Assembly: GCA_030390025.1 (NCBI GenBank)
Contig: CM059432.1
Coordinates: forward strand, 7,502,001 to 7,566,000
From: Squalus acanthias
Taxonomy: Eukaryota
Length of the DNA stretch: 64,000 nucleotides
Direction of reading: 5' to 3'
In this document: one piece after another, positions 48,620 through 60,038 of the stretch
How the letters are laid out: the number at the start of each line of letters is the position of its first letter
How positions within the stretch are numbered: position 1 is the first letter of the stretch
Made by a program: the position numbers and the translations under genes
The notes under the pieces: model-generated
The model's database searches: none
What the model was told of the DNA's origin: nothing
The model's input: only the letters and a program-made list of their open reading frames with translations

Positions 48620-48827
48620 TGAGAAGTCGCACAACACCAGGTTATAGTCCAACAGTTTTATTTGAAATCGCAAGCTTTCGGAGCGCTGCTCCTTCGTCAG
48701 GACTTCACCTGACGAAGGAGCAGCGCTCCGAAAGCTTGTGATTTCAAATAAAGCTGTTGGACTATAACCTGGTGTTGTGCGACTTCTCACATTTGTCCAT
48801 CCCAGTCCAACACCGGCATCTCCACAA
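48620..48827. mobile_element. Penelope family 2 hairpin mini-element with two back-to-back hammerheads, in a CR1-group LINE tail (48547-49080)
   Basis: ~82-bp arms around a 6-nt loop; 12-bp TSD CTTGAGAAGGTG (48608-48619, 48828-48839). Confidence 0.88.
48705..48741 (+). ncRNA. Minimal hammerhead ribozyme motif (Penelope family 2)
   Basis: Stem I TCAC/GTGA, CTGACGA(A), stem II GGAGC-AGC-GCTCC, GAAA, AAGCTT palindrome; mirror copy on minus at 48668-48701. Confidence 0.8.
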
Positions 48828-49219
48828 CTTGAGAAGGTGGTGGTGGGATTTCTTCTTGAACCGCTGCAGTCCGTGTGGTGAAGGTACTTCCCACAACGCT
48901 GTAATGTAGGGAGTTCCAGGATTTTGACCCAGCGACAATGAAGGATCGGCCGATATATTTCCAAGTCGGGATGGCGTGTGACTTGGAGGGGAACACGGAG
49001 GTGGCGGTGTTCCCATGCGCCTGCCGTCCTTGCCCCTCTCGATGGTGGAGGCCGCGGGTTTGGGAGGTATGGCCGAAGAAATGTGCCAGAGTTACACCCG
49101 TTTTCAACTACATGCTAATTTCCGGTAGAATTGGGCAGCTGGCTCATTCCCAAAGTGGTGCATATATACAAATAACAAGATAAGGAGAGCCAAATCTGCT
49201 GTCCTTGAAATTCTGCCAT

Positions 49220-49855
49220 TTAGGAACACAGGAACAGGAGGAGGCCATTCAGCCCCTCGAGCCTGTTCCACCATTCAACTAAATCAAGGCTGATCTGTAT
49301 CTTAACTCCATCTATCTGCCTTGGTTCCGTAACCCTTTATACCCTTGCCTAACAAAAACCTATCAACAAAAGAAAAAAATCTCTCAATCTCAGTTTTGAA
49401 GTTTTCAATTGTCCACCAGTCTCAACAGCTCTTTTGGGGGGAGAGAGTTCCAGATTTCCACTACCCTTTGTGTGAAGAAGTGCTTCCTGACATCACCCCT
49501 GAACAGCCTAGCTCTAATTTTAAGTTATGCTCTCTTGTTCTGGACTCCCCCCACCAGAGGAAATAGTTTCTCTCTATCTACCCCATCAACTCCTTTAATC
49601 ATCTTAAACACCTCAATTAGATCACCCCTTAATCTCCTGTACTTGAGGGAACACAAGCCTAGTCTATGCAACCTGTCCTCATAATTTAACCCTTTTAGTT
49701 TATGGTGAATCTGTGATGCACCCACCTCCAAGGCCAATATATCCTTCCTGAGATAAAAACAGAAAATGCTGGAAATACTCAGCAGGTCAGGCAGCATCTG
49801 TGGAGAGAGAAACAGAGTCAACGTTTCAGGTCGATGACCCTCCATCAGTGCTGGC
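49220..49855 (-). mobile_element. Old CR1 3' portion (49220-49752) joined to a Penelope family 1 end fragment (49753-49855)
   Basis: LNYEDRLHRLGLCSLKYRRLRGDLIEVFK; the Penelope piece carries a mutated hammerhead core (CTGATGG). Confidence 0.8.
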
Positions 49856-49984
49856 ATATGCAAATCCCATCACCAGTTGGAGGACCCCGATGCAAAATTC
49901 AGGTATAAATGAAGCTCCATCCAGTTTCACCAGGTCTTTTACAGCCTAAGCAAAGACCGCTGGAGGCTGCTCAAGAAATGGCCA

Positions 49985-50830
49985 CTTGGCCTCCCATCCT
50001 TCACCTTCCCTCCTTCACCTTCCCTCCTTGGCCTCCCCTCCTTCACCTCCCCTCCTTGGCCTCCCCTCCTTGACCTCCCCTCCTTGGCCTCCGCTCCTTC
50101 ACCTCCCCTCCTTCACCTCCCCTCCTTCACCTCCCCTCCTTGGCCTCCCCTCCTTGGCCTCCCCTCCTTGGCCTCCCCTCCTTGGCCTCCCCTCCTTCAC
50201 CTCCCCTCCTTCACCTCCCCTCCTTCACCTCCCCTCCTTCACCTCCCCTCCTTGGCCTCCCCTCCTTCACCTCCCCTCCTTCGCCTCCCCTCCTTCACCT
50301 CCCCTCCTTTACCTCCCCTCCTTTACTTCCCCTCCTTTACTTCCCCTCCTTTACCTCCCCTCCTTTGCCTCCCCTCCTTTACTTCCCCTCCTTCACCTCC
50401 CCTCCTTTACTTCCCCTCCTTTACTTCCCCTCCTTCACCTCCCCTCCTTGGCCTCCCCTCCTTCACCTCCCCTCCTTGGCCTCCCCTCCTTCACCTCCCC
50501 TCCTTGCCTCCCCTCCTTCACCTCCCCTCCTTTTCCTCCCCTCCTTTTCCTCCCCTCCTTGGCCTCCCCCCCTTGGCCTCCCCTCCTTCACCTCCCCTCC
50601 TTGGCCTCCCCTCCTTCACCTCCCCTCCTTTTCCTCCCCTCCTTTTCCTCCCCTCCTTGGCCTCCCCTCCTTTGCCTCCCCTCCTTTTCCTCCCCTCCTT
50701 TGCCTCCCCTCCTTTTCCTCCCCTCCTTGGCCTCCCCTCCTTGGCCTCCCCTCCTTTGCCTCCCCTCCTTGGCCTCCCCTCCTTTGCCTCCCCTCCTTGG
50801 CCTCCCCTCCTTGGCCTCCCCTCCTTTTCT
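49985..50830. repeat. 14-bp minisatellite CCTCCCCTCCTT(CA/GG/TA/TG/TT), about 60 units
   Basis: Direct reading of tandem units with a variable dinucleotide. Confidence 0.95.
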
Positions 50831-51170
50831 TCCACCCCCCAGGACCTACCTGTGGGCCGGCTCGATGTCAGAGCCAGACGGAATTCGTCAGGGTCCCCAA
50901 CCAGTGAGCTGCAGAGAAGAAAAAATAGACACCGAGCAGGGGGGAAGAACACGTAAGTGGAATCCTCAAGAGCAGGTTTTGAGAAAGCTCCTGAAAGTAG
51001 GGAGGTAGAAGTAAGGTGGAGCGACTTCGAGAGGGAGTGCCAGAGGTCAGGCATAGTGGCTGACAGAGCGGCCACCAATGGTGGAGTGTAGAGGACCTGT
51101 ACAAGGTCCAGCTCAGTATGAGAGGAGGGAACTGTGTATGTGGGAGCTCATGGCGAGAGGAGGTTGCTGA

Positions 51171-52062
51171 GGTACGCTGATGACACCCAGCTCTACCTCA
51201 CCACCACTTCTCTCAACCCCTCCACGGTCTCTAAATTGTCAGACTGCTTGTCCGACATCTAGTTCTGGATGAGCAAAAATTTTCTCCAATTAAATATTGG
51301 GAAGACCGAAGCCATTGTTTTCATTCCCCGCCACAAACTCCGTTCCCTAGCCACTGACTCCATCCCTCTCCCTAACATCTGTCTGAGGCTGAACCACACT
51401 GTTCGCAACCTTGGTGTCATATTTGACTCTGAAATGAGCTTCCGACCACATATCCGCAGCATAACAAAGACCGCCTACTTCCACCTCCGTAACATCACCC
51501 GTCTCCGCCCCTGCCTCAGCTCATCCGCTGCTGAAACCCTCAGCCATGCCTTTGTTACCTCTAGACTTGACTATTCCAACACACTCCTGGCTGTCTTCCA
51601 ACATTCTACCCTACGTAAACTTTGGCTCATCCAAAACTCTGCTGCCCGTGTCCTAACTCGCACCAAGTCCCATTCACCCATCACCCCTGTGCTCGCTGAC
51701 CTACATTGGCTCCCGGTTAAGCAACGCTTTGACTTCAAAATTCTCATCCTTGTTTTCAAATCCCTCCATGGCCTCGCCCCTCCCTATCTCTGTAATCTCC
51801 TCCAGCCCCACAACCCCCCCGAGATATCGGCGCTCCTCTAATTGTGGCCTCTTGAGCATCCCTGATTATAATCGCTCAACCATTGGTGGCCGTGCCTTCT
51901 GTTGCCTAGGCCCTAAGCTCTGGAATTCCCTGCCTAAATCTCTCCGCCTCGCTACCTCTCTCTCCTCCTTTAAGACGCTCCTTAAAACCAACCTCTTTGA
52001 CCAAGCTTTTCGTCACCTGCCCTAATTTCTCCTTATGTGGCTCGGTGTCAAATATTTTGTCT
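51171..52062 (+). mobile_element. L2 LINE, RT C-terminus and 3' UTR
   Basis: YADDTQLY at 51174; ORF 51269-51841 NFLQLNIGKTEAI...HAFVTSRLDYSN...LADLHWLPV. Confidence 0.92.
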
Positions 52063-52312
52063 TGGAAGTAATCTGTATGCAGTGTTCCAGAAGACAAGAC
52101 CATTTTTAAAAATTCATTCATGGGATGTGGGCATCGCTGGCAAGGCCAGCATTTATTGCCCATCCATAATTGCCCTTGAGAAGGTGGTGGTGAGCCGCCT
52201 TCTTGAACTGCTGCAGTCCGTGTGGTGAAGGTACTCCCACAGTGCTGTTAAGGAGGGAGTTCCTGGATTTTGACCCAGCGATGATGAAGGATCGGCGATG
52301 TACTTCCAAGTA

Positions 52313-54202
52313 GACCGGGCTAAGCGATCCCACAATCAACGGATCAGATCAAAGCTCTGCAGTCCTGCCACATCCAGTCGTGAATGGTGGTGGACCATTA
52401 AACAACTAACGGGAGGAGGAGGCTCCATGAATATCCCCATCCTCAATGATGGAGGAGCCCAGCACGTGAGTGCAAAAGACAAGGCTGAAGCGTTTGCAAC
52501 CAACTTCAGCCAGAAGTGCTGAGTGGATGATCCATATCGGCCTACTCCCGAGGTCCCCACCATCACAGAAGCCAGTCTTCAGCCAATTCGATTCACTCCA
52601 TGTGATATCAAGAAACGGCTGAGCGCACTGGATACAGCAAAGGCTATGGGCCCCGACAACATCCTGGCTATTGTGCTGAAGACTTGTGCTCCAGAACTAG
52701 CCGCGCCTCTAGCCAAACAGTTTCAGTACAGCTACAACACTGGCATCTATCCGACAATGTGGAAAACTGCCCAGGTATGTCCTGTCAACAAAAAGCAGGA
52801 CAAATCCAACCCGGCCAATTACCGCCCCATCAGTCTACTCTCAATCATCAGCAAAATGATGGAAGGTGTCATCGACAGTGCTATCAAGTGGCACTTACTC
52901 ACCAATAACCTGGTCACTGATGCCCAGTTTGGGTTCCGCCAAGACCACTCAGCTCCTGACCTCATTACAGCCTTGGTCCAAACATGGATAAAGGAGCTGA
53001 ATTCCAGAGGTGAGGTGAGAGTGACTGCCCTTGACATCAAGGCAGCATTTGACCGAAGTCTGGCATCAAGGAGCCCTAGTAAAACTGAAGTCAATGGGAA
53101 TCAGGGGGAAAACGCTCCACTGGCTGGAGTCATACCTAGCACAAATGAAGATGGTTGTGGTGGTTGAAGGTCAATCATCACAGCCCCAGGACATCGCTGC
53201 AGGAGTTCCTCAGGGCAGTATCCTAGGCCCAACCATCTTCAGCTGCTTCATCAATGACTTTCCCTCCAACATAAGGTCAGAAATGGGAATGTTCGCTGAT
53301 GACTGCACAGTGTTCAGCGCCATTCACAACTCCTCAGATAATGAAGCAGTCCATGCCCGCATGCAACAAGACCTGGACGACGTTCAGGCTTGGGCTGATA
53401 AGTGGCAGGTAACATTCGTGCCACAGAAGTGCCAGGCAATGACTATCTCCAACAAGCGAGAGTCTAACCACCTCCCCATGACATTCAATGGCATTACCTT
53501 CGCCGAATCCCCCACTATCAACATCCTGGGGGTCACCATTAACCAGAAACTTAACTGGACCAGCCACATAAATACTGTGGCAACAAGAGCAGGTCAGAGG
53601 CTAGGTATTCTGCAGCGAGTATCTCACCTCCTGACTCCCCAAAGCCTTTCCACCATCTACAAGGCACAAGTAAGGAGTGTGATGGAATACTCTCCACTTG
53701 CCTGGATGAGTGCAGCTCGAACAACATTCAAGAAGCTCGACACCATCCAGGACAAAGCAGCCCGCTTGATTGGCAGCCCATCCACCACCTTAAACATTCA
53801 CTCCCTCCACCACCGGCGCACCGTGGCTGCAGTGTGGACCATCTACAAGATGCACTGCAGCAACTCGCCAAGGCTTCTTCGACAGCACCTCCCAAACCCG
53901 CGACCTCTTCCACCTAGAAGGACAAGGGCAGCAGGCGCATGGGAACACCATCACCTCCAAGTTCCCCTCCAAGTCACACACCATCCTGTCTTACAAGTAT
54001 ATCGGCCGATCCTTCATCGTCGCTGGGTCAAAATCCTGGAGCTCCCTCCCTAACAGCACTGTGGGAGTACCTTCACCACACGGACTGCAGTGGTTCAAGA
54101 AGGCGGCTCACCACCACCTTCTCAAGGGCAACTAGGGATGGGCAATAAATGCTGGGCCTTGCCAGCGATGCCCTGATCCCGTAAACGAATAACAAAAAAA
54201 AT
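52313..54202 (+). mobile_element. Second CR1-group LINE (RT domain, frameshifted) inserted antisense into an older copy of its own family (52105-52312 + 54203-54378)
   Basis: KAMGPDNI, NYRPISLLS, QFGFR, ALDIKAAFD, GVPQGSILGP, MFADD motifs in ORFs 52523-53167 and 53031-54053; A-rich tail. Confidence 0.9.
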
Positions 54203-55368
54203 GTCGGGATGGTGTGTGACTTGGAGGGGAATTTGGAGGTGATGGTGTTCCCATGCGTCTGCTGCCCTTGTCCTTCTAGGTGGAAGAGGTCGCAGCTTTG
54301 GGAGGTGCTGCCGAAGAAGCCTTGGGGAGTTGCTGCAGTGCATCTTGTAGATGGTACACACGGCAGCCACGGTACGCCGTTACTAGTACTGTTGTTGTTG
54401 TTGGAAGAAGAACAGCCTGGAATCAGGAGAAGTATCGTCAAGAGTCAAATAAAATCTCTCCCAACAGTAATCCTGATGTCTAATGGAACAGTTAGTTATT
54501 ATGAGGTGCTGACTGGAATAACCGTTTTCAGAAACTATTACCTAATTAGGGAATAATTTAGCCTCTGGCACAGTGTTCCAAATGCTATGATTTAGGTACT
54601 GTGCTTGTTCATGAAAATGACGTAACTACCAAGTCATCGGTACATTCTACTGGGAGGCCCCACACAAGCGAGAGGCTTTGATAGCTGTTCTCATGGCCTT
54701 AACAATACCAGCCAGCTGAAACAATCGCGAGGGAACAAGCCGTAATATAATTTTAAAGAGTATGTAATCGGGGGTGTATATTTCATCAAGTAATTAAAAC
54801 CGAAAGTAATGCTGAATGGTGAGATTCTTCTATAGATTTAATTTAGAATATCCCTAAACTCTCTCCCCCTCCCTACCTCTCTCTCCTCCTTTAAAACATC
54901 CTTAAAACCTCCCTCTTTGACCCAGCTTTTGGTCACCTGCCCTAATGTCTCCTTATGTGGCTCGGTGTCAAATTTGTTTGATAATCGCTCCTGTGAAGCG
55001 CCTTGAGAAGTTTTACTACGATAAAGGCGCTATATAAATGCAAGTTGTTGTTGGTGTTATCCTGTCATTTTTGACTATTATTTACGATACAATTTGGAAC
55101 TAGAAGTTTGCATATTGCTCAAGCGATTTAAGCTTCAGTCCTGACAGCCTCCTCACTACTGTTACATCTCTGGCCACTGCAGTCTCTCTCGGTTCTATGC
55201 TTGCTTCGAACCTGCAAACATTGGGCCTTATTCTTTGTTAATAATTGTCTGCAATGTTACGCCCACAAAAATAGCTACAAAGGATTAGCTGATCCAAAGC
55301 AGATCGGTCTGCAGTAGCAACAGAAGGCACTGAAAATGTCCTGCCGATCAATCAACAGCTGAAAGAAT

Positions 55369-56187
55369 GGGGGAGAAATTCATTATCGGGCCATTTGGGG
55401 GCGGCAACTTTCGAAATCTGGGAAAGTTAGCGCCAGGCGTTAATGATCCCCAGCTTTCACGAAATTGGGTTTAGCGCTCCAGGGAGGAAGTGGAGTGCGA
55501 AAGGAGGCAGGCGGGGCGGTAGTGGTGCAGCGCTGTCGTGATCCAAGTACCTTCCCTCCCTTAAAGGGAAGGACATGATGTGGAGATGCCGGCGTTGGAC
55601 TGGGGTGGACAAAAATGAGAAGTCGCACAACACCAGGTTATAGTCCAACAGATTTATTTAATTTTACAAGCTTTCGGAGCTGTCGCTCCTTCGTCAGGTA
55701 AGTTAGCAATGAGAGAATCTCCCAGAAAAGGGAAGGGTTAACGCTGCAGGCTCTGCATTGGGACCAGTTAGCAGGTCCCCGACAGTAGCCGTGATCCAGC
55801 GGAGCGCCGGGCTGATCGATCGCGGCCCGGGAGAATTGAAAAAAATTGCAAAAACACATTTTAGAAATTTTGCTTCTTGCCTCGGCAACCTCCCCTTTAA
55901 CGTCCGGCCCCGAAGTGCCCGGCCTCCCGAACAACGCCTCCTGCAGCTGTCGGTGTTTTCGCCCAGGGCGGAACCGAAGTTCGGGTCCGGGGGCGATGCG
56001 CACGGCAATGACGCCACGATCTCCGGGCGCCGGAGACCGTGGCGCAAAGTTTTACCGCCACCGCAAACCTCCCGGCCGAGTTGACAGGAGTCGTTCATCT
56101 CGCCGCGCCCAGGCGGTAAGTCGTTAGCGCCCCGTTATCACCCCCTTGGGGCACTAACAGGAGGCGCTAACCCACCGAATTTCTCCC
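55369..56187. mobile_element. Harbinger-type non-autonomous element related to family A, containing a Penelope family 2 end (~55575-55701)
   Basis: GGGGGAGAAATTC / GAATTTCTCCC, TSD AAT; internal minus TTAC-CTGACGA-AGGAGCGACAGCTCC-GAAA-GCTT-GTAA hammerhead at 55664-55701. Confidence 0.8.
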
Positions 56188-56355
56188 AATGACTTTAATG
56201 TTGTGGGCAGAGGCACTTTCCCAGTTCTGATGAAGAGATTCACCCAAAACATGAATCAATCTTTTTCTGTTGATGATGATTGCTCTGCCAGGCACTTCCT
56301 CCACTTTCTATGGGCGATTTTCATCTTCAGCTGTAACAACAACAACAACTACAGC

Positions 56356-56716
56356 TCCCCCTCGCCCCTCCCTATCTCTGTAATCTCCTCCAGCCCCACA
56401 ACCCTCCGAGATATCTTCACTCCTCCAATTCTGGCTTCTAGAGCATCCCTGATTTTCATCGCTCCACCATTGGCGGCCGTGCCTTCAGCTGCCGAGGCCC
56501 TAAGCTCTGGAATTCACTGCTTAAACCTCTCTGCCTCTCTACCTCTCTCACCTCCTTTAAAACGCTCCTTAAAACCTACCTCTTTGACCAAGCTTTTGGT
56601 CACCTGTCCTAATATCTCCTTATGTGGCTTGGCGTCCAATTTTGTTTTATAACGCTCCTGTGAAGCGTCTTGGGACATTTTGTTATGTTAGCGGCGCTAT
56701 TAAATACAAGTTGATG
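56356..56716 (+). mobile_element. L2 3' end (another at 54853-55033)
   Basis: Homologous to 51775-52062. Confidence 0.85.
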
Positions 56717-57360
56717 TATCTTCATCCATAACGCAGTTCTAATTTGCCTGAGTCCCTAGTGCTAATATGGGGACCGTAATGTATTGTCACATGGTTTGGC
56801 ATGAGCATGCTCAGTTCGCTCTGGCCTAGTAAAGCAAGCACATGGACTAGCAACTCATGGTGTCACTGTCCTTCATTTGTTCAACCCACATATATTACAG
56901 GGACAATTAAAGGGAAGTGTTTAAAGAAAGGGGGCAAAAATTTAGAGAGCATTAAAAGGCATCTTCTCAGCCCATCAGTGATCTTTGCCAAGGCTGAAGG
57001 GTCATGGGGTAAAGAGGTGGCAGGTCAGGATGAAGGAAAAGTTCAGTCCGTAAGGGTGACCCCGAGTTTCCGGTTGCCTGTCACTTTAATTCTCCGCTCC
57101 ACTCCCACTCTGACCTCTCTGTCCTCGGCCTCTTACACTGTTCCAATGAAGCTCAACGTAAGCTCGAGGAACAGCACCTCATCTTTCGATTAGGCACTTT
57201 ACAACCTTCTGGACTCAACATTGAGTTCAACAATTTCAGACTATAACCCCTGCCCCCATTTTTTCAGGTGGAAGCTGTTGATGATTCTGCCATTCCCATT
57301 TGCAACATTTAATCTCCCCTGCCTTCAATCCTAGCACAGACCGTCCCTTTTGTTCTTTCC

Positions 57361-60038
57361 TGTAGGCTTCGCAAAATCCCCCAGAAACTCGAACAGTACC
57401 CTAAAAGGGGTGATTTTTGGATTTTTCATACAAATTTGGGATGATGGGACCTGAGTGAAGTGATTTGAGGTAAAAACCTCAGTTTTGGACATTTTTAAGG
57501 ATCAGGGAAGAAAAGCCCTGAGGAAAATAACTTTGGATGTTACTATTGGGAAACCTCACAGTCACAGAGACAAGACAGGCTGCGGAGGGGTGTGGCGAGG
57601 CAGTGGACAGCTTTTGGATATTGGGGCCCAGTCAAGCTGTCTGGGAATTGCTTGCACTGCAATCCAACCAGGGAGGAAGAGCCTCACCCAAAACCTCACA
57701 TACACATCCAAATATGAATAATCCAAGACCCCTTTTGAAATTCCCAGGCCCAAACAGGATGCCAGAAGCCTGAAAACAATAAAACATCCAGTACACCCAT
57801 TACTCCATCAAAAACCAATTAGCCAAGTATCTACAGGGACAGATTAACAAGCCCGCCAAAAACCTAAGACAAAAGGGACAAGATTTGCCGCGTAGATAAA
57901 GGCCTTGCCTAAATGGAAGACATCGGAAGCCATCAGGACAATTTAACACCAAGTTAAAATCATCAAAACTTAACAAGCCCGCCAAAACCTAAGACAATGG
58001 AATGAACAGGCCTCAACTGAACCCTAAATCACTTCAACACGAAACTGATTTAGTAAAGGGGTTTTGGCGCGAAAAAGACAAAGGGGTAAAAATTAGGTCG
58101 CGCCCCATTTGGGGCGCAAATATCGTCTGGACGCAAATATTAGCGCCTGGCGCTAATTATCAGCACTGACTGGAAACTTCACTTTTACCGCCCCGGGAGG
58201 TGAGTGGAGCGCTAAATCAGGCGCTGCACACCTGTCTTAAGGCGCAAAGGCCAAGGAGTGAGGCGCTAACTCAGAGCGCTGGCGAAGCTCATGTAATGTC
58301 AGTCAGCAATGGAACACACACACAATGGCACGGGCCAGTTCTTAAAGGGGATGGTTAATCTTGCTTTCCATCCACATCCTGTTCATTGCAGCCTTAAATC
58401 TCGGCCTGGAGAGACTTGCACATCAAATGTGCTGGAAAGAACAATGGAGAGTACCAGGCAAAGAGCTCAGAGTGCAGCTCCCACAGTCTCTGCTAAATCG
58501 ATACAAGGAATGGCAAATCAAAATGAACCTGCAAAGTGCTGCTCAGTACCCAAAACTCCTTCACACAACGTTGAATCTCTCCAGAAGTCTCTCCCTCTCT
58601 CTCTCAGAATGCGTAGTTCAAAAATGCCACCAACAATAAAAGACAGGAAGAGGCCCCCTTTAAATAGCGCCCCCCCCCAGCCCCACAGCGATTGATAGCG
58701 TTCCAGTCTTCTGGTCGTTGGATGCGCCAGGCGGTAAGGCAGGGGGCGCCACTCAATTTCCGCTCCGGGGCGCCACAAGGGCGTTGCACCATGGAATGAC
58801 GTCACAATCTGCGCGCGCAGGTGGTCGCAGCGGTAAGTTTTAGCGCCGCCGCACAATCTCTAGTTAAGTTCCCGAGCGGCGCAAACATCGCTGCGCCCGG
58901 GCGTTAGCGGCTTTGCGCCCCATTAGCGCCCTCTTAAGGCGCTAACGGGAGGCGCAACCAACTGAATTTTTACCCCAAAGGGCCTGAACAGTATAATTGA
59001 GGGCCTAATCCCCCAAGAAAGTTAGTTCCAGCAAGACACAGCAAGGCACACGACACGAGCAGGAGGAGGAAAGAAGCAGCAAGGCCACCAGGCAGACCCG
59101 AGGCGAGATCGGAGGCAGGGACAGACAAGACCAGGCAAGGGCAAGAGCTGAGACCACGAGCTGGGAGCGAGTCGGCATCGCTCAACATACGGTCCAGCTC
59201 TAGCAGGTAATAGCCAAGGCCACTGGAAGCTGGGAGCGAGTCAGCATCGCTCAATCCACGGTCCAGCTCCAGGAGGTACCGCCCCGACAGGCCTCCAACG
59301 CAACAAACTAACAACCAGAGCCACCAAGGGCTCCACGAGGTGAACCGACACTCGAAAGTCCCGCAGAAACCAAGGCCCCGCGCAACATCCAACCACCAGG
59401 CAACCACGACCAAGAACCAGACCAACACCAGGGGAAAACCGAAGACACGCAAGTTTACACTCTACAAACTATTCCTGACTTACCCCTGGGTAAGATTTTC
59501 CGTTAAAAATCTCTAAACCCTACCTCTAAGGGAGAAAAATCAGGTACTTACCTGATAGAGTCCAATACGCACCTTACCGCATCTGCGGACAAACCCAAAC
59601 TGACCTGGAGTGCAGCTGGAGTCTTCTACTACATCTGGGGTACGGCAGGTCCCAACAACCAAAAACCTCAGTGAACCCCGAAATCGCGAAATACCTCAAC
59701 TGTCAAGAACTGTCATTGGTGAGCATTATCCCTGATCCTTTGAAATTGAAACCTAGCTAGACAGTGGGATTGGGAGGGATAAGGGTTTTTGTATATTGTC
59801 ATTCTCCCTCACCAGTACTGTGTGTTCCCCAACCTGTGTTTAAGCATTTAAGTGTGTTTTAAGTTTGTTACCTTTTTCTTTTAATAAAGTCAAAATTCTT
59901 TCATCAGAACCTGTTGTCTACTTCATCTTTGTTCACAACCCCTAAATAAGTCCAAAGTCTAGAACCAGGGGCGTGGGAGCGATTCGAACCGCTCACTGAG
60001 TCAGAGGTGAAGGCTGGCCCCACACACCACCCCCTACA
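57361..60038 (+). mobile_element. Long solo LTR (~1.8 kb without its nested MITE), Gypsy- or ERV1-type
   Basis: TGTAGG...CCTACA termini, 4-bp TSD TTCC (57357-57360, 60039-60042), AATAAA at 59883-59888, internal direct repeats. Confidence 0.78.
58083..58976. mobile_element. PIF/Harbinger-type non-autonomous element, family A copy 3
   Basis: Colinear with 18562-19454; TIR variant GGGGTAAAAATT / AATTTTTACCCC; TSD AAA. Confidence 0.85.

Noticed and set aside
46815..48827. Hairpins as miRNA genes or DNA-transposon MITEs
   Set aside because: Long variable TSDs, asymmetric 3' tail and hammerhead motifs indicate Penelope-type retro-insertions; no evidence for a defined miRNA.
49986..51078. Pro/Leu/Ser-rich ORFs in three frames and a Gly/Arg/Glu antisense ORF
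   Set aside because: Products of the 14-bp minisatellite; the unit length is not a multiple of three.
56221..56265. CAGTTCTGATGAAG...AAAACATG degenerate hammerhead
   Set aside because: Probably an old Penelope relic, but stem II and GAAA are destroyed; not counted as a ribozyme.
58970..59452. 160-aa hydrophobic minus-strand ORF resembling a membrane/env peptide
   Set aside because: Arises from the A/C-rich LTR strand and its internal duplication; non-ATG start, no env motifs.
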